Shown here: piece by piece, positions 18,186-27,565 of the stretch | Position numbering within the stretch: position 1 is the first letter of the stretch | Layout of the letters: every line of letters starts with the position of its first letter | Assembly: GCA_963836075.1 (NCBI GenBank) | Contig: CAWIIB010000009.1 | Location: forward strand, 992,001 to 1,056,000 | DNA from: an uncultured Acidobacteriota bacterium | Lineage (GTDB): Bacteria > Acidobacteriota > JAQAZP01 | Direction: 5' to 3' | Length of the DNA: 64,000 nt | Made by a program: the position numbers and the translations under genes | Notes under the pieces: model-generated | What the model was told of the DNA's origin: nothing | Seen by the model: the letters and a program-made list of their open reading frames with translations, nothing else | Database searches by the model: none

Positions 18186-19937
18186 GTGCTGAAGAGATTT
18201 CTGCTGACGGTGCTGATCCTGATCAGCTTCTCCACCATGGCCGGCGCCTATGCCGGTGACACCCACTATTACATCCGCTTTGCCACGGCGCTGCTCGTCG
18301 GTTTCGACTGGGACGACGCCCACCTCATCGCCAGCGCCGACTACATGATCGACAGGAACAAGTCGACCCACGCCGAGAAGAACCCGGCCAAAAAGCACAA
18401 CAAGGTTAATTGGCACGCATTTGAAAGGACGGAGGAGCGGTTCTTCGAATTGTGGGCCAGGGTCCTCGGCGAGAGCGATCCCGAGCTGCAGTTGATCGAA
18501 CTGGGCCAGTTCCTGCACTTTGCTGCCGACTGGGAGCCCCACGGGGTCTTTGGCGACAGGCTGGGTCACGGTATGGCAACCATCATGGGACGGGACCCCG
18601 ACTCGCTGGGGACCGACATCATGAACAACCGCCGGATGATCCGGCAGACCATGGACTTCATGATGGAGTTTCGGGCGAGCACCGGCCGGCCCGTGGGCGG
18701 TGGCGGCGATCCGGACCGGGCCCTGGCCGAACTGTTCCTGGAGTTGTCCTCCGAACCGATCATGGATGATCTTTACATGATTAACAGCCCCCGGTGGAAG
18801 ACCTGGGGGGTTCGCGGCAAAAAGGGGCGAGTGATCCTGGCCCGGAACCATCTGCTGGTGGAAGAACTGATCAGCAAGTGGGGTAAGGAACGTCCGGATC
18901 TGAAGGTTCCGGCCGACTTCACACCCGGGGACCCGGAAAAAGGCCTGCCCCCGCCCATCGGGATGAGCTACCGGAAGAACGGCGACATAGTGGCGGTGTA
19001 CGGTGTGGAGGTCGAACTGCTCCCCGAGTTTGACGGGGGTGATTTCAACGCGGCGCTGGAGGAGCGATACGAGGAGAGAGTCGAGCCGGAGGTAGTGGAC
19101 GAGCTTCAGCAGGAGCTTCATGGGGGGGGCGACCCGGACCTCTTCAACATCGTCGGGACCCAGGTGCTCGATGCCGGCCTGAAGAAGAGCGGGTGGCTGG
19201 TCACCGTCCAGGTCGCCAACTTCGGCGTGGGCCATTCCGCGGAGGGCCGGCTGGAACTGCACGTGGTCAACATCCACACCGAAGAGACGGTGGGCCACCT
19301 GGTCTATCAACTGCCCCGGTTGAAAGGCGGCCAGAAAATCAGGAAGAAAATCCTGGTGCCCTCCGAGGGTAAGCCGGAGCGGGACGTGGTCATCGGCGTC
19401 ACGCTGGACGGCCCCGACCTGCTGGCCGACGACAACGACGACTGGTTCATGCCCTGGGATGACGAGCTGGAAGACCAGCCGGCCCCGAAAAAGAAGAAGG
19501 TACAGAGCAGAGGCCAGGATTCCATCGCTCTTCTGGGGAATCCGAAGATGTGGGTCGAGGGGGCCGAGGGTGTGGTGGTCGTCCTTTCCGCGCTGGTCTC
19601 CGGCGGTGATTCGTCACACCGGCTGGGTGCGGTGGAGCTCCGGCTGGTGGGCCGGGATGAGAGCCATACCTTCACCATCGATGAAGACAGGGGTGTGGTC
19701 TGGTTCACTACGTTGGATCTCGAACAAAAAACAATGCCGGCCAAAACCTTCCTCTGGGTGCCGATCAACAGCGACCTCTGCACGGCCCTGAAGTCGGCCT
19801 CACTGGTCCCCGAGCATTTCGAGGTCACCGTCAGTGGTGATAAGGTGGAGCCTGTGACGAAAAGGTATCCGCTCGACCCGCATTTCATTGCTGAACTCCG
19901 GGAAGCCTGCGGGGTGGATACGGCGGTGGAAAAGTAG
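18186..19937 (+). CDS. Secreted protein: DUF6765-like (Zn-dependent PLC/P1-nuclease-like) N-domain plus CARDB/Ig-like domain
   Basis: GGAGGT RBS, signal peptide, DTHYY...IASADYMID...WHAF...LGQFLHFAADWEPH...GHG His/Asp cluster; VTVQVANFGVGHS...DDND CARDB-like segment. Confidence 0.6.
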   Translation: MLKRFLLTVLILISFSTMAGAYAGDTHYYIRFATALLVGFDWDDAHLIASADYMIDRNKSTHAEKNPAKKHNKVNWHAFERTEERFFELWARVLGESDPELQLIELGQFLHFAADWEPHGVFGDRLGHGMATIMGRDPDSLGTDIMNNRRMIRQTMDFMMEFRASTGRPVGGGGDPDRALAELFLELSSEPIMDDLYMINSPRWKTWGVRGKKGRVILARNHLLVEELISKWGKERPDLKVPADFTPGDPEKGLPPPIGMSYRKNGDIVAVYGVEVELLPEFDGGDFNAALEERYEERVEPEVVDELQQELHGGGDPDLFNIVGTQVLDAGLKKSGWLVTVQVANFGVGHSAEGRLELHVVNIHTEETVGHLVYQLPRLKGGQKIRKKILVPSEGKPERDVVIGVTLDGPDLLADDNDDWFMPWDDELEDQPAPKKKKVQSRGQDSIALLGNPKMWVEGAEGVVVVLSALVSGGDSSHRLGAVELRLVGRDESHTFTIDEDRGVVWFTTLDLEQKTMPAKTFLWVPINSDLCTALKSASLVPEHFEVTVSGDKVEPVTKRYPLDPHFIAELREACGVDTAVEK

Positions 19938-19956
19938 ATGCAGTGGATGACTCACA

Positions 19957-22900
19957 GTGAAACGAAAGCTCCTTATCACGATCCTCGGTCTGCTGGCGGT
20001 GGTGATCATCGCCGCTGCGATTGCGGGGGTGACGGTCCATACCGATTCGTTTCGCAGCTGGTTCGAGGGGAAGCTGGAAACGGTTCTCACCGAGGCCACC
20101 GGGCGGCCGGTATCACTGCGGATCGTTGACCTGGCCCCCCTGCGGCTCCGGGCCGCCGTTGAAGATTTCACCATCGGCGGCGCGTCCCCGGACGCCCTGC
20201 CGCTGGTCTCGGCGGCCTCCATCGATCTCGATGCCAACTGGTCCGCTCTTTTACGCAAGCGGGCCGACCTCTCCTCGCTGACGGTGAACGGCCTGCGGGT
20301 GGACCTGGAACAGCTGCCCCTTGACCTGCCCGAAGAGGATACGGAGTCACCGCCCTTCTCCATCGCGGACTTCGTCGACCTGATCCTCGTCGACCGGCTG
20401 GAGGTGGAGGACGGCTGGCTCCACTTCGGCGGCGCCGACGTTCCGCTGGACATCCTGGCCGAGGGCGTTGCCCTCTCCGCCGACTTCCGCCGCCTGGGGC
20501 GCAGCTACCAGGGGACCCTGAGCGCCGGCGCCGGCGGCCTGAGCATCCCCGATGCCGGCGATTTCCCCGTCACGCTGCAGACCGGTTTCACCCTGGGGCC
20601 GGATACCGTCACCCTGACCGATATCCGGCTCAGCAGCACCGGCCTCTCGCTCAGCGGCAGCGGCGAGCTCACCGACTGGAACCTGCCCGCGTACCGGGCG
20701 ACCTTCGAGGCCGAGGTCGCCCCCGGCGAGCTGCCGGTGCCGGCCCTGGCCGAGCTGGAGCTCGGCGGGAGCGCCACGCTCGACGGCGACCTCGAGGGAA
20801 AGGGAGGTGATCTGCGGGTAACCGCGGCCATGACTTCCAGGCGGCTGGACCTGGCCTCGGTATCCGCCAGCGATATCTCCTGCCGGCTGGCGCTGGCGGA
20901 TGAGCAGTTCCGGGCCAGCGAGCTGCTGCTGGACATCCTCGGTGCGCGTGTAGAGGGCGAGCTGACCGCGGCGGTGGCCGGCATTGCCCCCTGGTCGGCC
21001 GACCTTCAATTGGCGTCCGACGATCCCGATCCCCTGGTCCGCTGGCTCTTTCCGGAATCACGGGCGGGAAGCCGGGGCTCGTTCGCCGGCAGCCTCGACA
21101 TCGGCGGGACGGCATTCGACCTGAAAGCGCTGGCCGGCACTCTGGCGGTGCGGACGGAAGATCTGGTGCTCGCCGATGCGCCGCAGTTCCCCATGACCCT
21201 CGATGCTGAAGCGGAATTCGACGGCGGCGCGGCAGATATCAGCCGGTTCACCCTGACCGGCCCGGGCGCCAGTATCGCCGGCAGCGGGACCCTGGCGCTG
21301 GACTCACCGTCCAGCATCGAGTTCAGCGCCGAGGTTGCACGCCTGGAGCCGCTGGACTCCGGTATCAACGCGGTGGCCGGATTGATGGGCGGAGCAGACG
21401 CCCTGCCGGAGGAACTGCTGCAGCTCCGCGGCCGTCTGCAGGTTGACGGTGAGCTCGGTGTACCGACGCTGAAGGGTTTCGACATGGAAACCCTCAGCGG
21501 CCGGCTGGACCTCGTTGCCGACAAGGTCACGCTGGCCGAAGCCCCGGAAACCGTGCTCGACGCCCGGATGGAGACCCGCTTTGCCGGTGGTCAGATCATC
21601 CTCGACCGGGCCCATGCAGAATCGGCTGGTGTGGAACTGGACGCCACGGGAGGGGTGGGGATGGCCGGGGCCTCCGGCCTTGGAATAAGGGCCACAGTGG
21701 CCAGGCTGGAGGAGAGTCTGCCCGCCCTGCGGCCGTTGCTGGCCGCGTTCGATCTGCCGGCCGACATTCTCGATCCTCTCTCGTCCCTTTCCGGCAGCTT
21801 GCTGTTTGATGCCCGCATTGACGGGGGCTGGAACGAACTGGACGGCACGGCGGAGCTGGCGGTGGACGAACTGGCCTCCGGCAAGCAGCCGCTGGGCCGG
21901 CTAATGGCCGAAGCCACCGCCCGCGGTGGGATGGTGGAGATGGCTGGAATACTGGACGGCGCCGGTGGCGGAATCGAGATCAGCGGGGCGGCGGACCTGG
22001 GCGCCGCGGACGGCATCCCCGCGCGTTTGGAAGTCCGGCTCGACGGGCTCTCCCTGGAACCGCTGCTCACCGCGGCCGGCCTGGACCTGCCGGTGAGCGG
22101 CCTCGTCGGCGGCGATGCGGTGGCCACCTTCCCCGGCCCCGAGGTCCAGGCCGATCTGGCCCTCGTTGACGGCGCCGCCGCCGGTATCCCGCTGGACTCG
22201 GTGACCTGCGAGCTGCTCCTGATCCCCGGGCGCCTCGAGGTGACCGGCGCCCGCGTGGCGGCGGCGGGCGGGGCGCTGTCGGTTTCCGGCGGGCTCGGTG
22301 CCGGCGGGTCGCTGGACGGGTTGTCCTTCAAGGGGGACGGATTCGAGCTGGGCCGGTTGGTCGAGACGCTGGAGACGCCGCTGGACCTGAACGGCCGCCT
22401 CTCCTTTTCCGGGTCGGTCACCGGCGCCCTCGAAGAGCCGCGGCTGGCGGCCTCGGTGGCCCTGAACGAGATGTCCTCCTCCGGCTTCACCGTGCCGGAA
22501 CTGGACGGCGACCTGTCACTGGACCCGGCTGGTGTCGAACTCCACCTGGCCTCGCCGGACGGCCTCAGTGTGGCCCGGCTCGAGTTCGGTTTCGGTGAGG
22601 GCGACCCCTGGATCGCCGAAGTGCGCTATCCCCTCCATCTCGACACCCGCCGGCCGCTGGAGGCCGGATTTGCTCCGGGCGGCTTCATCGCCGCTGGTGC
22701 GCTGAATGCCGCTTTCCGGTGGGTTGGCGACGAACTCTCGACCCTTGAAGGGGTGGCCCTCGTCGAGGGGGTTCGCCTCGAGGCCGATGGCCACCGGCTG
22801 GACGGGACCGGTCCCCTGCAGGTCCGCGTGGCCTCCGGCCGGGCCGTGATCGAGCCGTTCAGGCTGGAGGGGCCGGATACCGGCCTGGACGTCGAGGGGA

Positions 22901-25900
22901 GCATGACCCTGGCCGACTCCCCGGAGGCGGAAATCACCGCCCGGGGTACCGTCGATCTGGGCCTGCTCCGGGGGCTCGACGACCGGCTGCGCACCGAGGG
23001 ACAGGCCGAGTTCGACCTCATCGCCCGGGGGCCCGTGGCTGAACTGGCACTGGGGGGTGTGGTCCGGCTCCGCGAAGGGCGGCTGCGGCACCCCGATTTC
23101 CCGCTGGTGCTGGAGAAGATCGAAGCCGAAGCCGTGCTGCAGCCGGATCGCTGGCAGCTCAGCCGGCTGGAGATGACCGCCGGCGGTGGACAGGTCACCG
23201 GCAGCGGGGAAATGTCGATGGACGGCCTGCGGGTTGAAGCGCAACACTTCGAACTGACCGGGCGCGGGGTGCGCCTGGCCTATCCCGAAGGGTTCCGCTC
23301 GGAACTCGACGCCGATCTCATGCTGACCCGGGAGAATGGCGGGCCGGGCCGTCTTTCCGGGGAGGTCCGCATCATCGGCGGGCTCTACGACGAGGAGATC
23401 AACATCGAAAAACAGTTCCTCTCCCGCACCCGGGCGGCGGACCGGATCGCCAGCGTGGAGCCGGGCCTGCTGGACCGGGTGGCCCTGGACCTCCGGGTGA
23501 CCTCCGACGACGGCCTGTGGGTCAGGAACAACCTGGCCTCCATGGAGACCGGGGTCGCGCTGCAGATGAGGGGCACCTTCGGCACCCCCGACATCAGTGG
23601 CCGGGTGCAGGTGCTGGAGGGCGGGACGGTGACCTTCCGCGGTGTCGACTACAGCATCATCCGGGGGTCGATCGATTACCCCGGCGGGGCGTCCACCCCT
23701 CCGGAAGTGGACCTCCGGGCCGAGACCACTCGCTCCGACTACGATATCCAACTGGCCGTCACCGGCCCGCTGGAAAATCTCAAGTTCGATCTCAACTCCA
23801 CGCCACCCCTCTCCCAGACCGACATCGTCACCCTGCTGGTCACCGGCAAGACCAGGGACGAACTGGGCAGCGGCGGCGGCGGGCTCTCCGATGACCAGGC
23901 CACCATCTACCTCTCGGGCCGCCTGACCGACAGCCTCGCGCCGGCCCTGCAGCGGTCGCTGGGCCTCGACGAGGTGAGCGTCAACCCGGTGCTGATGGGC
24001 AGCCAGGCCGACCCCACGGCGCGGATCACGGTGGGCAAGTCGCTGACCCCGAGGCTTTTCGTCACCTACTCCAGCCTGATGGGCAGCGACCGCCAGGACA
24101 TATACCAGGCGAAATACCGGCTCACCGACCGGCTCAACCTGCTGGGCACCCGGGACGAGGACGGCTCGCTGGCCGGCGACGTGGTCTACCGGGCCCGTCT
24201 CTACCGCGGGCCGCCGCGGGAAGGGGAAACGGCAGGGGGCGGCGGGCAAAACGATCGGAAAATTTCACGGATCGAATTTCGCGGCAACCGGTTCGCCTCG
24301 GCCTTCAAACTCAGGAGGCAGCTTGGCGTGACCACCCGGGACCGCTATCATCGCTCGCGCCTGCTCGGCGGCCTGGAGCGCATTCGCGACTGGTACTACG
24401 CCAGGGGTTTCCCCGAGATCGAGGTGGAGCATCAAGTGATCGAAGACGAGGATACCGTCGACCTGGTGATCACCGTGGACGAGGGGCCGCAGGTGAAGAT
24501 CAGCCTGCCCGGGGCACCCCGGCCGCGGCGGCCGCTGCGCCGGGAGGTCTATCGCCTGTGGAGCCGCAGCATCTTCCGCGAGGACTTGCTGGAAGAGGGA
24601 GCCCGGCTGGTGCTCGGTTACCTGGGCGGCAGGGGATATATCCGGGCGACGGTGGATCCGTCACGGGAGGAACCGGAGCCGGGCCTGGAGGAGGTCGTCT
24701 TCCGGGTGGACCGGGGAGAGCGGGTCAGGGTTGACGAGCTCCACTTCACGGGAATCCACGGCGTGGAGGAGAAAAACGTCCGCTCGCGGATGCTGACCAG
24801 GGAGGCCGGCCTGCTGGCGCGCGAGGGATTCAGCCCTCGCACGCTCGACGATGACCTGGAGGCGATTCGGAACTATTACGCCACCCTCGGTTTCCTCGAT
24901 GCAGCGGTGAAGAGCCGCGTCGAGGACCTGCCGGGCGGCAAGCGGGTGGTGGTCACGGTGGAGATCGAGGAGGGCGAGCGCTACCGCCTGGGCCCGGTCG
25001 GGTTCAGCGGCAACGAGGCCTTCACCGCCGAAGCGCTCCTCGCCGAGACGGGCCTGCAGGCCGGCTCCCCGTTCAACGACGAGGAGGTCCGCCAGGCCGA
25101 GCGGAAGCTGGCCGTGCTCTATGACCGCCAGGGGTACGGCGGCGCGGCTGTCCGTTCCGGCCTGCGCATCGACCGGGAAAGTATGGTGGTTGATGTCGCC
25201 TTCGAGGTGGAGGAGGGCTCGAAACTGGTGGTGGAGGCGGTGGAGGTCGTCTCCCCCGGCATCACCAACCCGGAGATCATCCGCAGGGAGCTGGAACTGT
25301 GGGCCGGCCAGCCGCTGAGCAACCGCCAGGCCGGCCGCAGCCAGTACAACCTCTACCGCACCGGCCTCTTCCGCAGTGTGGGCTACGAGATTCTGCCCGG
25401 AGACACCCCGGAGGGGCGCCGTGTGGTCTTCACCGTGGACGAGAGCCCGAACCTCCACTTCGATTACGGGATCGGGTACAACTCCGATTTCGGCATGCGG
25501 GTCAGCGGCAACGTGGCCCACAACAACTTCATGGGCCGGGGGCTCTATGTCGGACTGGGCGGGCGGTACGGCGGAGACGACAGCCGGGCCCAGTTCGTGG
25601 TGCGCAATCCGCGGCTGTGGGGCAGCGAGGTCGAGGGGCTGGTCCGGGCCTACTGGGAGGAGGAGGACCGGGTGAGCTACGACGCCACGCGGCTGGGCGG
25701 CGTCCTGCAGAGCACCAGGCGTTATCACGACGGGCGCTACACCCTGATCGGGGGTTACGGGCTGGAGGATCTGACCACCGCCCGCAAGGGGCTGGATGAG
25801 CTTCCCGGTTCGCCTTCAGACCAGAGCGTCGACCCGCTCATCGACCCCCGGGTGGAGACCGAGGTCCGCCTGGGCAGTCTGCGGCTGGACGGGGCCCGGG

Positions 25901-26487
25901 ACAGCAGGGACGCCTTCCTCTGGCCCACCAGCGGCTCCTTCACCCGTGCCGAACTGGGCGTTTACGACCAGGCCCTGCTGTCCGAGGCGGAGTATCTTCG
26001 CGGATTCTTCCAGTGGAATATCTACCAGACGCTATTCCGCTCGGCGGTCTGGATCAGCTCCGTCCGCCTGGGGCTGGCCCAGCCTTACGGCAACACGGAG
26101 TTCTTGCCGATCAGCGAGCGCTTCTTCACCGGCGGGGAGAGCAGTCTTCGCGGGTTCAAATACGACACCCTGCCGGCGGTGGGCGCCCCGTACCTGCCGG
26201 GCGTCGAGAGCGACACGTCCACCGGCGGTAACGCCCTCTTCCTCTTCAACCAGGAACTGACGGTGCCGGTGGCCGACCCGATCCACCTGCTGATCTTCTA
26301 CGATGCCGGCAACCTCTACTGGAAGGTCAGCGACTTCGACATCACCGACCTCCGCCAATCGGCCGGCCTGGGAATCCGCATCAGGACCCCGGTTGGACCC
26401 CTGCGCCTGGAATACGGTTGGAAACTCGATCGCGAGGAGGGCGAGTCCTCCGGCCGCCTCCACTTCAGTTTCGGCATGCCGTTCTGA
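19957..26487 (+). CDS. TamB (AsmA/DUF490)-POTRA-Omp85 (BamA/TamA-like) fusion protein
   Basis: N-terminal TM anchor, long AsmA-like beta-taco repeats, TamB C-terminal motifs (LNSTPPLSQTDIVTLL, ITVGKSLTPRLFVTYS), Gly-rich linker, about five POTRA-like repeats, and an Omp85 barrel with FFTGGESSLRGF and TPVGPLRLEYG...FSFGMPF. Confidence 0.9.
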   Translation: MKRKLLITILGLLAVVIIAAAIAGVTVHTDSFRSWFEGKLETVLTEATGRPVSLRIVDLAPLRLRAAVEDFTIGGASPDALPLVSAASIDLDANWSALLRKRADLSSLTVNGLRVDLEQLPLDLPEEDTESPPFSIADFVDLILVDRLEVEDGWLHFGGADVPLDILAEGVALSADFRRLGRSYQGTLSAGAGGLSIPDAGDFPVTLQTGFTLGPDTVTLTDIRLSSTGLSLSGSGELTDWNLPAYRATFEAEVAPGELPVPALAELELGGSATLDGDLEGKGGDLRVTAAMTSRRLDLASVSASDISCRLALADEQFRASELLLDILGARVEGELTAAVAGIAPWSADLQLASDDPDPLVRWLFPESRAGSRGSFAGSLDIGGTAFDLKALAGTLAVRTEDLVLADAPQFPMTLDAEAEFDGGAADISRFTLTGPGASIAGSGTLALDSPSSIEFSAEVARLEPLDSGINAVAGLMGGADALPEELLQLRGRLQVDGELGVPTLKGFDMETLSGRLDLVADKVTLAEAPETVLDARMETRFAGGQIILDRAHAESAGVELDATGGVGMAGASGLGIRATVARLEESLPALRPLLAAFDLPADILDPLSSLSGSLLFDARIDGGWNELDGTAELAVDELASGKQPLGRLMAEATARGGMVEMAGILDGAGGGIEISGAADLGAADGIPARLEVRLDGLSLEPLLTAAGLDLPVSGLVGGDAVATFPGPEVQADLALVDGAAAGIPLDSVTCELLLIPGRLEVTGARVAAAGGALSVSGGLGAGGSLDGLSFKGDGFELGRLVETLETPLDLNGRLSFSGSVTGALEEPRLAASVALNEMSSSGFTVPELDGDLSLDPAGVELHLASPDGLSVARLEFGFGEGDPWIAEVRYPLHLDTRRPLEAGFAPGGFIAAGALNAAFRWVGDELSTLEGVALVEGVRLEADGHRLDGTGPLQVRVASGRAVIEPFRLEGPDTGLDVEGSMTLADSPEAEITARGTVDLGLLRGLDDRLRTEGQAEFDLIARGPVAELALGGVVRLREGRLRHPDFPLVLEKIEAEAVLQPDRWQLSRLEMTAGGGQVTGSGEMSMDGLRVEAQHFELTGRGVRLAYPEGFRSELDADLMLTRENGGPGRLSGEVRIIGGLYDEEINIEKQFLSRTRAADRIASVEPGLLDRVALDLRVTSDDGLWVRNNLASMETGVALQMRGTFGTPDISGRVQVLEGGTVTFRGVDYSIIRGSIDYPGGASTPPEVDLRAETTRSDYDIQLAVTGPLENLKFDLNSTPPLSQTDIVTLLVTGKTRDELGSGGGGLSDDQATIYLSGRLTDSLAPALQRSLGLDEVSVNPVLMGSQADPTARITVGKSLTPRLFVTYSSLMGSDRQDIYQAKYRLTDRLNLLGTRDEDGSLAGDVVYRARLYRGPPREGETAGGGGQNDRKISRIEFRGNRFASAFKLRRQLGVTTRDRYHRSRLLGGLERIRDWYYARGFPEIEVEHQVIEDEDTVDLVITVDEGPQVKISLPGAPRPRRPLRREVYRLWSRSIFREDLLEEGARLVLGYLGGRGYIRATVDPSREEPEPGLEEVVFRVDRGERVRVDELHFTGIHGVEEKNVRSRMLTREAGLLAREGFSPRTLDDDLEAIRNYYATLGFLDAAVKSRVEDLPGGKRVVVTVEIEEGERYRLGPVGFSGNEAFTAEALLAETGLQAGSPFNDEEVRQAERKLAVLYDRQGYGGAAVRSGLRIDRESMVVDVAFEVEEGSKLVVEAVEVVSPGITNPEIIRRELELWAGQPLSNRQAGRSQYNLYRTGLFRSVGYEILPGDTPEGRRVVFTVDESPNLHFDYGIGYNSDFGMRVSGNVAHNNFMGRGLYVGLGGRYGGDDSRAQFVVRNPRLWGSEVEGLVRAYWEEEDRVSYDATRLGGVLQSTRRYHDGRYTLIGGYGLEDLTTARKGLDELPGSPSDQSVDPLIDPRVETEVRLGSLRLDGARDSRDAFLWPTSGSFTRAELGVYDQALLSEAEYLRGFFQWNIYQTLFRSAVWISSVRLGLAQPYGNTEFLPISERFFTGGESSLRGFKYDTLPAVGAPYLPGVESDTSTGGNALFLFNQELTVPVADPIHLLIFYDAGNLYWKVSDFDITDLRQSAGLGIRIRTPVGPLRLEYGWKLDREEGESSGRLHFSFGMPF

Positions 26488-26498
26488 TTCAGGATTCA

Positions 26499-26523
26499 GG
26501 GACGTACATGAATATATGAATTT
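26499..26523 (+). repeat. Solo end of the GGGACGTACATGAAT element family (a degenerate second copy follows at ~26550-26572)
   Basis: GGGACGTACATGAATATATGAATTT 11 bp after the tamB-fusion stop, followed by GGGACGAACATGAAATCTGCAATT. Confidence 0.85.
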
Positions 26524-26691
26524 CTTCTCCACCGCCCCATATTTCATGAGGGACGAACATGAAATCTGCAATTCCAGTAAAATTATCCATCCCCTTGGTA
26601 TCTATTTTGCACTTCTGGATTCATCCTGAAATTCATGTGAATGTAAATTTCGGTAGATGGGATGCACTCCATGCGCTTTTCTTGTTCAAGA

Positions 26692-27561
26692 ATGGCATTT
26701 AACTCTCTCCACCTGTCATTTCGCACCGTCATCCCGACGTTACTGATCTGTCTCCTCCCCTTTACACCTATCACCTTGGCCCAGGAGTTTGGTCGGGACC
26801 TGGGAGAGCAAGAGGACCGGGTGAACTACGCATTTTCGGCCTACCTGGGCAGCGGCATTTATGCCGCATCGGATGGGGCCGTGCAGGTCTACAGCCTTCC
26901 CCTCGCCTATACGCTCCGGCCGCCGTCCGAGAGGCGCCCTGGAATCAGATTGAAGTTCCCGGTGACGTTGGGTTTTTACGACTTCAAGGCGCTGGATCTG
27001 ATCGAGGGCACCCTGCCCGACGATGTGGCCACCATCAGCGTTATCCCCGGCGCTGAGTTTCTCTTCCCCGTGAGGGAGAATTGGTCGCTGACACCGTTTG
27101 TCGACCTTGGTGCGGGGATGGATATATCCAGCGGTCACACGACCTGGATCTGGTCCACGGGTGTGAACAGCCTGGCAGTATTTTCGGGAGACCGTCTGGA
27201 AACGACGCTCGGCAACAAACTGCAGTATGCTGCGTACAATTCCCCGGGGGAGGACGACAAGGGGAAATTCTTTGTTTTCGAGACCGGGCTGGATCTGATG
27301 CGTCCGCTGAGAGTATCGACCAGCAGCCGGATCAACCGCTTCAGCCTCTACCTTATGAACCAGGTCTATTTCAATGGGCTCGAATTGCTCAGCTATCGAG
27401 AAAATCTTCTTGAAGTGCAGTACCAGTATGAAGTGGGTTTCACCTATGTCCCTCATAAACCGTTCAAGTTATGGTTGCTCAACGTGCCCCGGATCGGTCT
27501 GGGCTACCGCTTTGGCGATGGCTTAACCGCCTTCCGCCTCGTCCTCAGCATGCCATTCTGA
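26692..27561 (+). CDS. Hypothetical outer-membrane beta-barrel protein (start uncertain, 26662-26692)
   Basis: Signal-like hydrophobic N-terminus, NYAFSAYLGSGIY, amphipathic strands and C-terminal GLGYRFGDGLTAFRLVLSMPF. Confidence 0.7.
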   Translation: MAFNSLHLSFRTVIPTLLICLLPFTPITLAQEFGRDLGEQEDRVNYAFSAYLGSGIYAASDGAVQVYSLPLAYTLRPPSERRPGIRLKFPVTLGFYDFKALDLIEGTLPDDVATISVIPGAEFLFPVRENWSLTPFVDLGAGMDISSGHTTWIWSTGVNSLAVFSGDRLETTLGNKLQYAAYNSPGEDDKGKFFVFETGLDLMRPLRVSTSSRINRFSLYLMNQVYFNGLELLSYRENLLEVQYQYEVGFTYVPHKPFKLWLLNVPRIGLGYRFGDGLTAFRLVLSMPF

Positions 27562-27565
27562 TGTA

